Origin: a bacterium
GTDB lineage: Bacteria; UBP6; UBA1177
Assembly (NCBI GenBank): GCA_017963125.1
Contig: JAGCUA010000039.1
Span: forward strand, 13,190 to 77,189
Direction: 5' to 3'
Length of the DNA stretch: 64,000 nt
Position 1 is the stretch's first letter; each line of letters begins with the position of its first letter. This document shows positions 55,236-63,066 of the stretch, in pieces. The notes below the pieces were generated by a model that saw nothing but the letters and a program-made list of their open reading frames with translations, searched no databases and was not told the origin of the DNA. The position numbers and the translations under genes were made by a program.

Positions 55236-56714
55236 ATGGGCAATTTATCGGGTTTTGTAAAGCGTCTCCGCGATATTATGAGAAACGATGCCGGTATCAA
55301 CGGTGATGCACAGCGTATCGAACAGATTGCATGGATGCTTTTTCTCAAGGTATATGACTCCAAGGAATCAGACTGGAAATTTGACGATCAGAATTATGTT
55401 TCGATTATTCCTGAAGAATGCCGCTGGGTGAACTGGGCGCATGATGACAAGTCCGGCAGGGCTATGACTGGTGAAAGACTTCTTGATTTTGTCAACAATA
55501 CGCTTTTTCCGATTTTGAAAAAACTGCCGGTCGATGCTTCCACGCCGATAAAACAGGCTATCGTGCAGACGACTTTCGCCGATGCGAACAACTACATGAA
55601 AGACGGTGTTCTGCTTCGCCAGATTATAAATATCATCGACGAGCTTGATCTTTCAGATTACGAGGAAAGTTACGCTTTCGGCGAAATATACGAATCGATT
55701 TTGAAAGAGCTGCAAAGTGCGGGTTCAGCCGGTGAATTCTATACGCCGCGTGCTGTTACAGACTTTATGGCTCAGATGATAAAACCGCAGATCGGTGAAA
55801 AAATGGCCGACTTCGCATGCGGAACAGGCGGCTTTCTTACAAGCTGGCTGAAGGAGCTTGAAAAAAAGGTGAAAACCACTGCCGACCGTGCCGAGTTCGG
55901 TACTTCAGTTTACGGTATCGAGAAAAAGCAGTTCCCGTATATGCTCTGCATTACGAATATGCTTCTGCATGATCTCGATGTTCCGCAGGTGTTCCACGAC
56001 AACAGTCTTCTTTATGATGTGCTTGACTACACGGAACATGACCAGTTTGATGTTGTGCTGATGAATCCTCCTTATGGCGGCAGTGAAAAGGCCGAGGTCA
56101 AAAACCATTTTCCGGCTGATCTTGCAAGTTCCGAAACTGCTGATCTCTTTCTTTCTGTCATCATGTACCGCTTGAAAAAAAACGGACGTTGCGCTGTAAT
56201 CCTGCCGGACGGATTTCTTTTCGGTACAGACAACGCAAAAATCAACATCAAGAAAAAACTTCTTTCGGAGTTTAATCTTCACACCGTAATCCGTATGCCG
56301 CAGAGTGTGTTTTCGCCTTATACATCGATCACAACGAACATTCTCTTCTTTGAACGCGCCGGACGCACAACGGAGACTTGGTTTTATCGTCTCGATATGC
56401 CGGAAGGGTACAAGCATTTTTCAAAGACAAAGCCGATGAAACTGGAGCATTTCGCTCCTGCGGTGGAATGGTGGAACAACCGTGTCGCAATCAATGAAGA
56501 CGGCTTTGACAAAGCACGAAAATTCACTGTGAAAGAACTTTCTGAAGATTTGGGATACAACCTTGATCAATGCGGCTATCCGCACGCTGAAGAAGAGATC
56601 CTTGCACCTATGGATTTGATTCAACGCTATCAGGAAGAGCGTGCCTCGCTGAACGCGGAAATTGACCGTGTTCTTGCTGAAATCACCGACAAGCTCGGAG
56701 GAACTGCGCAATGA
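55236..56714 (+). CDS. hsdM: Type I R-M N6-adenine DNA methyltransferase subunit
   Basis: HsdM N-terminal domain (IEQIAWMLFLK). GEFYTPR. DFACGTGGFL (motif I). VLMNPPYGG (motif IV). Confidence 0.95.
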   Translation: MGNLSGFVKRLRDIMRNDAGINGDAQRIEQIAWMLFLKVYDSKESDWKFDDQNYVSIIPEECRWVNWAHDDKSGRAMTGERLLDFVNNTLFPILKKLPVDASTPIKQAIVQTTFADANNYMKDGVLLRQIINIIDELDLSDYEESYAFGEIYESILKELQSAGSAGEFYTPRAVTDFMAQMIKPQIGEKMADFACGTGGFLTSWLKELEKKVKTTADRAEFGTSVYGIEKKQFPYMLCITNMLLHDLDVPQVFHDNSLLYDVLDYTEHDQFDVVLMNPPYGGSEKAEVKNHFPADLASSETADLFLSVIMYRLKKNGRCAVILPDGFLFGTDNAKINIKKKLLSEFNLHTVIRMPQSVFSPYTSITTNILFFERAGRTTETWFYRLDMPEGYKHFSKTKPMKLEHFAPAVEWWNNRVAINEDGFDKARKFTVKELSEDLGYNLDQCGYPHAEEEILAPMDLIQRYQEERASLNAEIDRVLAEITDKLGGTAQ

Positions 56715-58159
56715 CTCCGCAGGAACTGAAAAACAGCATCCTTCAGCTTGCAATTCAAGGCAAATTGGTGCCGCAAATACCCGAAGAAGGAACTGCGGAA
56801 GAACTTTATCAGCAGATCCAGGCTGAAAAACAGAAACTCATCAAAGAAGGAATAATTAGGCAGGATACAGACATCACAGAACCAGATGAGTATCCATTTG
56901 ATATCCCCGACAGTTGGGTTATGGCAAGGATTACAGATTGTGGCGCTTTTATTTCTGGATTCACACCAAAGCCAAATGAGTTGGCAGAAGCAGGAAGAAT
57001 TCCATATTTCAAGGTATCTGATATGAACACTGAAGGAAACGAGGTTTATCTCAGTATCACAACTGCTTTTCTTAAAGATGATAGCCCCAAAAAGTACTTT
57101 CTTAAGAACACGATAGTATATCCAAAAAACGGTGGGGCTGTCTTTACGAACAAAAAGCGAATTCTTGTACAAGATTCCATAGTAGATTTGAACACAGGCG
57201 GATACTCAGTTATCGGGCCAGTCAATCTCATGTATTTCTATTATTTTTTTCTCCTTATCGACTTTAGGCAATGTTATAAAGGGACCGCACTTCCCACGAT
57301 TGATATGGACAGGCTTAAGCGAAAGTGGATTCCTCTTCCGCCTCTTGCCGAGCAAAAGAGGATTGTCGCCAAGATTGAAGAGCTGCTGCCGCTGATCGAC
57401 CGCTATGAGCAGGCTTGGAGCCGTCTTGAAGAATTTAATAAGCGTTTTCCTGAAGATATGAAAAAATCCATCCTGCAATATGCGATTCAGGGGAAACTTG
57501 TGGAGCAACGCCCGGAGGAAGGCACCGGCGAAGAATTGTATCAGCAGATTCAGGCAGAAAAGCAGAAACTGATCAAAGAGGGAAAGATCAAGAAAGAAAA
57601 ACCTCTGCCGGAGATTACAGAAGAGGAAAAGCCGTTTGAAATTCCGGAAAGTTGGAAGTGGGTACGGTTTTCTGCTGTTATTGATGTGCGTGACGGAACG
57701 CACGATACACCGAAATATGTTTTAGATGGAATCCCTCTTGTAACCAGTAAAAATCTAGTCGATGGCAGAATTGATTTTGAAACGGCAAAGAACATTTCGG
57801 TTGAAGATGCAACAGTTATAAATATACGTTCTCGTGTTGATGACGGAGATATTCTGTTCGCCATGATTGGAACTATTGGCAATCCCGTTATAGTTAAGAA
57901 AGATCGGGAGTTCAGCATTAAGAATATGGCTCTATTCAAACAAATTGATGATTCTTTACTTGACATGAGATATGTGTTGTTTTTTTTGCAGAGAGCACAA
58001 ACTGATATGAGGGCAATTGCCAATGCCAGCGTACAGTCGTTTGTTTCATTGACCGTCTTGCGGAATTATTTGTTTCCTCTCCCGCCTCTTGCTGAGCAGA
58101 AAAGGATTGTCGCGAAGTTGGAAGAGTTGCTGGAATTAAGTGAAAAATTAAAAAAATGA
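56711..58159 (+). CDS. hsdS: Type I R-M specificity subunit with two target-recognition domains
   Basis: Duplicated conserved regions LPPLAEQKRIVAK(I/L)EELL and ILQ(L/Y)AIQGKLV...EELYQQIQAEKQKLIKEG flank two divergent TRDs. 4-nt overlap with hsdM. Confidence 0.9.
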   Translation: MTPQELKNSILQLAIQGKLVPQIPEEGTAEELYQQIQAEKQKLIKEGIIRQDTDITEPDEYPFDIPDSWVMARITDCGAFISGFTPKPNELAEAGRIPYFKVSDMNTEGNEVYLSITTAFLKDDSPKKYFLKNTIVYPKNGGAVFTNKKRILVQDSIVDLNTGGYSVIGPVNLMYFYYFFLLIDFRQCYKGTALPTIDMDRLKRKWIPLPPLAEQKRIVAKIEELLPLIDRYEQAWSRLEEFNKRFPEDMKKSILQYAIQGKLVEQRPEEGTGEELYQQIQAEKQKLIKEGKIKKEKPLPEITEEEKPFEIPESWKWVRFSAVIDVRDGTHDTPKYVLDGIPLVTSKNLVDGRIDFETAKNISVEDATVINIRSRVDDGDILFAMIGTIGNPVIVKKDREFSIKNMALFKQIDDSLLDMRYVLFFLQRAQTDMRAIANASVQSFVSLTVLRNYLFPLPPLAEQKRIVAKLEELLELSEKLKK

Positions 58160-58180
58160 AAGAAGATTTTACAATAATGT

Positions 58181-58208
58181 TTGACAAAAATTTATTTTGC
58201 GATAATAT
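58181..58208 (+). promoter_or_regulatory. Sigma70-type promoter candidate for the ImmA/cyclase-like pair
   Basis: TTGACA (58181-58186), 16-nt spacer, TAATAT (58203-58208). GGAGGTGA RBS at 58237-58244. Confidence 0.45.
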
Positions 58209-58247
58209 ATTGTGCTTCGTTGGTAAAAATATTTGTGGAGGTGATTC

Positions 58248-58778
58248 ATGAGCTCTTCAAAACGCTATCAAGCAATTGAAGCTTTGGCTGAATCTATTAG
58301 AAAACAGCTCTATCCTTCCCACCCTGTAGATATGCAGGAAGTCGTTAAAAGTCTCAAAGGAGAATTGCAGGAAGAGTCTTTTGAAGATTCAACAATATCT
58401 GGCAAAATTGAGAAGGTTGGTGATGCTTTTAAAATTTCCTATAACAAAGAACATTCTCCACAGCGTTCTGGATTTACAATCGCTCACGAAATAGGACATT
58501 TATTTCTCCACATGGGATATATTATAGACCCTGAAAAATGGGATAGTATAAACGACTACTGTGACTCTCCTAAATATCGGCAAGGATATTCTGTGGAAGA
58601 ATATGAGGCAAATCATTTCGCAGGTGCATTCTTGATGCCTAAAGATGATTATGAGAACTTCCTTAGAGAGAATGGCCACAACAACAAAATTGATATCAGC
58701 TTGATAGCTGAACATTTTAATGTTTCTTTTGATGCTGCATTGACAAGAGGTAAGTGGCTTGGCATCTTCGACTGGTAA
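58248..58778 (+). CDS. ImmA/IrrE-family (COG2856) zinc metallopeptidase
   Basis: RSGFTIAHEIGHLFLH HExxH motif. Downstream EEYEANHFAGAFLMP motif at the spacing typical of the family. 176 aa. No HTH partner gene is present. Confidence 0.85.
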   Translation: MSSSKRYQAIEALAESIRKQLYPSHPVDMQEVVKSLKGELQEESFEDSTISGKIEKVGDAFKISYNKEHSPQRSGFTIAHEIGHLFLHMGYIIDPEKWDSINDYCDSPKYRQGYSVEEYEANHFAGAFLMPKDDYENFLRENGHNNKIDISLIAEHFNVSFDAALTRGKWLGIFDW

Positions 58779-59712
58779 TCGCTGGACAGATATTAACTTA
58801 AATGTATCTGATGTTGAACTTGCAAAATCTTATAATGAAATCGTCACTAAAAACATATATGTCTTTTTTTCATTTGATCTGGTCGGATCAACTAAATTCA
58901 AGACTGAAAAAACAAATTGGCCCTATGTTATTTCTTATTTTTACGACACTGTTTATAAGAAATTAAAATATTTAATCCCCCAGATCAAGGTATGGAAATA
59001 TTTAGGAGACGAAATTCTTTTATATGTTTCGATTTGCGATTTCGATTCTCCATCTGTAATTTATATGATCCCTGACACGGTTTATTCTATTCAACTGAAA
59101 GTGGCAGAATCAATCCAAAAAATTCCGGAAGCTAAAAAACTTGATGTAAAATCAACCATTTGGATGGCAGGGGTTCAGGCAGTAGAGTCAGAAAAATTCA
59201 ATCTTTCAAATATCCCGCAAACCTATCAAAATTACAAAAATCTAAAAGTAAAATTAAATGTGGAGGATCAAGATCAGGTGGATTTCCTTGGTCCGGATAT
59301 GGATATAGGCTTCCGTATTGCTAAGTTCGCATTTCATCACAAAATTGTATTAAGTGCAGATTTTGCGTATTTCTTACATTTTACAAAGCCCGAAAACTGT
59401 GACATAGATGAAAAACTGCAAATTGTTTCATTCGAGATTTTAAAAGGAGTATGGAACGAACAGTATTATCCAATTATATGGTACTATCCTGATTGGGAAA
59501 CTAAACCGTATGGCTTCTTTTATGCAGATCATAAGAAAAATGAGATTGCAGAGAGAGTTTTATCCGAAAGAGTTGAAACTATTGATGAATTGGAAAATGT
59601 CTATAAGGAATTGGAGAAAATTGACGAAATAAATGCATTTGTCAATGAATGCAATCGAGTAAATTATTCAAAAGAAAGAGACTTTTTGCTTCATCTCGAA
59701 ACTAGAAAATAA
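58759..59712 (+). CDS. Class III nucleotidyl-cyclase-like protein (317 aa) with uncharacterised C-terminal ~100 aa
   Basis: VFFSFDLVGSTKF (Asp40) and KYLGDEILLY (Asp84, 44 residues later) match the two metal-binding Asp motifs FxDIxGFT and IGDxxM. STIWMAGVQAV and DFLGPDMDIGFRIAKFA..HKIVLSADF match the hGxHxG and GxxVNxAxR...IxxS segments. TTG start behind AAGAGG, overlapping the ImmA gene by 20 nt. Confidence 0.6.
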   Translation: MASSTGNRWTDINLNVSDVELAKSYNEIVTKNIYVFFSFDLVGSTKFKTEKTNWPYVISYFYDTVYKKLKYLIPQIKVWKYLGDEILLYVSICDFDSPSVIYMIPDTVYSIQLKVAESIQKIPEAKKLDVKSTIWMAGVQAVESEKFNLSNIPQTYQNYKNLKVKLNVEDQDQVDFLGPDMDIGFRIAKFAFHHKIVLSADFAYFLHFTKPENCDIDEKLQIVSFEILKGVWNEQYYPIIWYYPDWETKPYGFFYADHKKNEIAERVLSERVETIDELENVYKELEKIDEINAFVNECNRVNYSKERDFLLHLETRK

Positions 59713-59769
59713 GCGATATTTAAGCTTTTTGTGATTTTACGGGCTCCCTTCGGGGAGCCTTTTTTTTAT
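59710..59769 (+). repeat. Right copy of the direct repeat (stop codon of the cyclase-like gene plus terminator)
   Basis: TAAGCGATATTTAAGCTTTTTGTGATTTTACGGGCTCCCTTCGGGGAGCCTTTTTTTTAT. Confidence 0.9.
59742..59767 (+). terminator. Rho-independent terminator (duplicate of 52712)
   Basis: GGCTCCC-TTCG-GGGAGCC followed by T8. Confidence 0.85.
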
Positions 59770-59927
59770 AGATTTTTTTGTGGAAACATTTCAAAACGTT
59801 TTTGCGATCATGTAGGTTTCTTCTTACAATTCAGCTACCTATATTTTTTACTCTTATTGACTTTCCGTGGCGTAAAATGATAATTCCCCGCTTTTCAGCC
59901 GTTACCTAAACGGCAGGGAGATTTTCG

Positions 59928-61280
59928 ATGAGACGTGAAATCGACATGCTTAACGGCGGTTTCGCCGCAAAAATACTTCAGTTTGCGATCCCGCTTGCTC
60001 TGACGGGGATCCTCCAGCAGTTTTTCAATGCGGCGGACGTCATGGTCGTAGGGCGTTTTGCAAGCAAGTTTGCGATGGCTGCTGTCGGCTGCAACACTCC
60101 TGTTATCGGCATTGTCGTCAACCTTTTTGTCGGGATCTCGACCGGCGCGACTGTCGTTATCGCCAAGTGTATCGGGCGCGGCGATAGCTCCGGAGTGAAG
60201 AAGGCTGTCCACACCGCGGTCTTTTTGAGTCTTGTCTGCGGAAGCGTGATGGCGCTTGTTGCGCTTGCTGTTTCAAGCCGCATCATGTCGCTTCTTTCGG
60301 TGCCGGAAGAGGTCCTTCCGATGGCGCTTTCTTATTTTCGGATCTACATTTCGGGACTTCCGGCGATACTTCTTTACAACTTCGAATCTGCGATTTTCCG
60401 CTCGAAAGGAGATACGAACACGCCTCTTTTCTGCCTTATTGCTGCAGGAATCGTGAATGTTCTGCTCAACCTCTTTTTTGTTCTCGTCCTCAAAATGGGA
60501 GCGGAAGGAGTCGCGATAGCCACTGTCATCTCCAACATCCTGAGTTCGGGAGCTATGTTCATAGTTCTTCTGCGCTCCAGAAGCGATGTCGGGATCGAGT
60601 TCCACCTCATCAGAGCTGACCACGCTTCGCTTTTGGAAATCCTGCGCATCGGCGTTCCGGCAGGTGTCCAGAGCATGGTTTTCGCCTTGTCGAACATCAT
60701 AATCCAGTCTGCGATAAATTCTCTCGGGCCCGATGTCATGGCTGCTTCGGCTGCCGCTTTCAATACTGAAATTTTCGCATACTTCATCGTGAACGCTTTC
60801 GGCCAGGCATGCACAGCTTTCATCGGGCAGAATTACGGCGCGAAGAAGTTCGACCGCTGCCGGAAAGTCACAATTCATGCCTTCTGGATGGACTGCGCTT
60901 TCACCGCCGCTGTAGCTCTTCCGATAATCATTTTTTCGAGGGAACTCCTTGCTCTTTTCAACGGCGATCCAGCTGTCATTGAATACGGAAGAACTAGAAT
61001 TCTCTACATCACATCTTTCCAGTTCCTGAACCTTACGACCGAAATTTTCTCAGGAAGTCTGCGTGGTTACGGCAATTCTCTCGCTCCGGCTCTGATCGCG
61101 CTGCTCGGCATCTGCGTGACGCGCGTCATCTGGGTCTTCACCGTTTTTCCGATGCATAGCGACTACGCCACGCTTCTTGCGTGCTACCCGATAAGCTGGT
61201 TCATCACGACATCGATACTTACAGGCTACTACTTCTGGTTCATGCGGGTCGCGCTGAAAAGGAAAGTTGCCGGAATATAG
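59928..61280 (+). CDS. MATE-family multidrug/efflux transporter
   Basis: 450 aa, 12 TM. FAIPLALTGILQQFFNAADVMVVGRF N-terminal MATE signature. Confidence 0.9.
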   Translation: MRREIDMLNGGFAAKILQFAIPLALTGILQQFFNAADVMVVGRFASKFAMAAVGCNTPVIGIVVNLFVGISTGATVVIAKCIGRGDSSGVKKAVHTAVFLSLVCGSVMALVALAVSSRIMSLLSVPEEVLPMALSYFRIYISGLPAILLYNFESAIFRSKGDTNTPLFCLIAAGIVNVLLNLFFVLVLKMGAEGVAIATVISNILSSGAMFIVLLRSRSDVGIEFHLIRADHASLLEILRIGVPAGVQSMVFALSNIIIQSAINSLGPDVMAASAAAFNTEIFAYFIVNAFGQACTAFIGQNYGAKKFDRCRKVTIHAFWMDCAFTAAVALPIIIFSRELLALFNGDPAVIEYGRTRILYITSFQFLNLTTEIFSGSLRGYGNSLAPALIALLGICVTRVIWVFTVFPMHSDYATLLACYPISWFITTSILTGYYFWFMRVALKRKVAGI

Positions 61281-61318
61281 CAGGATAAATCACGAAAAAG
61301 CAGGTAAAGACTTGTTGT

Positions 61319-62428
61319 TTATTCGTTAACGCATGAAGAATCTTTCCATGTGAAATTTTCTTTGCATTTGAAACGGCATTCGGAAGCTATTTTGGTTTCA
61401 CATTGATAGTTGACGCCGTTGAAAGAGAATTCTCCGAGACATTCGTAGCATTTGCCGGTTTCCGCGCCATATTCTAAACCGTTTTCGCACATAGCAGGTT
61501 CTTCACATTTAAGAGGTGCTGAAACAGGAAGATCGTTTTTATACATAACAGTATGGGTTTCATCATACAGCAGCGTCACATTGTTTTCTTCTTTGCTGTA
61601 ACCTCTGATTGTTATCGATGAATTGCAGCAGCATGGGACAAGTTCACCGCTGTTTTCTATAGCCTCACTTTCGGTTTTGTAACATTTGTCCTTGTCTGCC
61701 AGAGCATATTTATTCCCGCCGTCACTAGTAGTTGAAAAACCGTTTTTATATGTCCAGGTTCCGCAGCCGTCTATCTGACAAAAATCATTTTGCAAGCTTG
61801 TTCCGGTCGGGCAGGAAGGAGGCTGAATAGTGGCTTTCGCTTCCGGATAAGAGGTTTCTTCCTTGATAACAGGAACTTCGTCACTGTATTCACCTTTTTC
61901 AGACGGTGTGTATTCACCGTTTTCCAAGGTTTGGGTTATGAGAGAAGCGCCGTTCCACTCTGCATTTTCAGGAAGTCCGGTACACGAAACAGTTCTCTCC
62001 TGCGGAAGAGTATCTCCGTCGTCGCCAGTATCGGAAGTATCGCTCGTGTCAGAGGTATCACTTGTATCTGAGGTGTCGCTCGTGTCTGAAGTGTCGCTCG
62101 TGTCTGAAGTGTCGCTCGTATCTGAAGTGTCGCTCGTATCGGAAGTGTCGCTCGTGTCAGATGTGTCGCTCGTATCGGAAGTGTCGCTCGTGTCGGAAGT
62201 GTCGCTCGTATCGGAAGTGTCACTTGTATCGGAAGTATCGCTTGTGTCTGAAGTATCGCTCGTATCGGAGGTGTCACTCGTATCTGAAGTGTCCGGCGTA
62301 TCGGAATCTTCGTCAGGAATTTGATCCTGATCTTCGTTTGCCACGGGTGAAATTCGTTTTACAGCATCATCGCCGCAACCGACCGCAACAAGAAAAACGA
62401 TAAAGAAAATCAAAAAAGACTTTTTCAT
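61319..62428 (-). CDS. Surface lipoprotein with (SDT)31 tandem repeat and Cys-rich C-terminal region
   Basis: Lipobox FLVAVGCGDD. 93-aa SDT array. More than 20 Cys in the C-terminal 230 aa. Confidence 0.7.
   Translation of the reverse strand: MKKSFLIFFIVFLVAVGCGDDAVKRISPVANEDQDQIPDEDSDTPDTSDTSDTSDTSDTSDTSDTSDTSDTSDTSDTSDTSDTSDTSDTSDTSDTSDTSDTSDTSDTSDTSDTSDTSDTSDTSDTSDTSDTSDTGDDGDTLPQERTVSCTGLPENAEWNGASLITQTLENGEYTPSEKGEYSDEVPVIKEETSYPEAKATIQPPSCPTGTSLQNDFCQIDGCGTWTYKNGFSTTSDGGNKYALADKDKCYKTESEAIENSGELVPCCCNSSITIRGYSKEENNVTLLYDETHTVMYKNDLPVSAPLKCEEPAMCENGLEYGAETGKCYECLGEFSFNGVNYQCETKIASECRFKCKENFTWKDSSCVNE
62027..62305 (-). repeat. 31 x 9-bp in-frame tandem repeat encoding Ser-Asp-Thr (one Pro-Asp-Thr unit)
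   Basis: Read directly from the sequence: GTATC(G/A/T)GA(A/G/T) type units on the plus strand. 279 nt. Confidence 0.95.
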
Positions 62429-62593
62429 GACAGCCTCCTTAAATCAACAAAAAAACACAATATTTTAAACCTATTGGAAAAGAAATAAAGATTTAATTTT
62501 TCGATTAAAAAAAATTGATGTTGACAAAATCGTAACATTGCAAAAACTTGGCAGCGGCATGGATTGATTGGGCCTAAAAAAGCGGAGGTTTCG

Positions 62594-62729
62594 GTGAAAC
62601 TGATAAAAATCAATAATATAAAAGAGGAAATGAATCGCGTGGAAGAGCTTTATTTAAGCGCTTTTCCGGCAAACGAACGGTTTCCTTTCCGGCTTCTGAA
62701 AAAGCGTGCGCTCCAGGGAAAAGCCGACT
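62594..62729 (+). pseudogene. 5' fragment (about 45 codons) of a GNAT-type acetyltransferase gene, truncated at a fusion junction
   Basis: GCGGAGG RBS plus GTG. VKLIKINNIKEEMNRVEELYLSAFPANERFPFRLLKKRALQGKADF resembles the N-terminus of small GNAT proteins. Past ~62730 the sequence switches to MATE-homologous DNA in another frame. Confidence 0.4.
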
Positions 62730-62730
62730 T

Positions 62731-63066
62731 CTCGCTCTTTTCAACGGCGATCCCGCTGTCATTGAATACGGCAGGACGAGGATCCTCTACATCACTTCTT
62801 TCCAAATACTCAACCTTACGGTCGATATTCTTTCAGGAAGTCTTCGCGGCTACGGCAATTCTCTTGCTCCCGCTCTGATTGCGCTTTTAGGCATCTGTGT
62901 GACGCGCGTCATCTGGGTTTTCACCGTCTTTCCTCTCCACAGCGACTATTCTACGCTTCTTGCATGCTATCCGATAAGCTGGAGCATCACAGCAACGATA
63001 ATGCTCTGCTACTATTTCTGGTTCATGCGGGTCGCGCTGAAAAGGAAAGTTACCTTACACAGATGA
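62731..63066 (+). pseudogene. Orphan 3' remnant (111 codons plus stop) of a second, diverged MATE transporter gene
   Basis: Collinear with 60948-61280. Translates to LALFNGDPAVIEYGRTRILYITSFQ...FWFMRVALKRKV. It has no start and no 5' part. Differences from the intact copy are mostly at third codon positions. Confidence 0.75.

Larger units (their letters stand above)
52738..59709. mobile_element. Putative horizontally acquired defence island with no recombinase visible
   Basis: Bounded by the direct repeats above. Visibly AT-richer than the flanks. The cargo is a type I R-M system plus the ImmA/cyclase-like pair. Confidence 0.55.
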
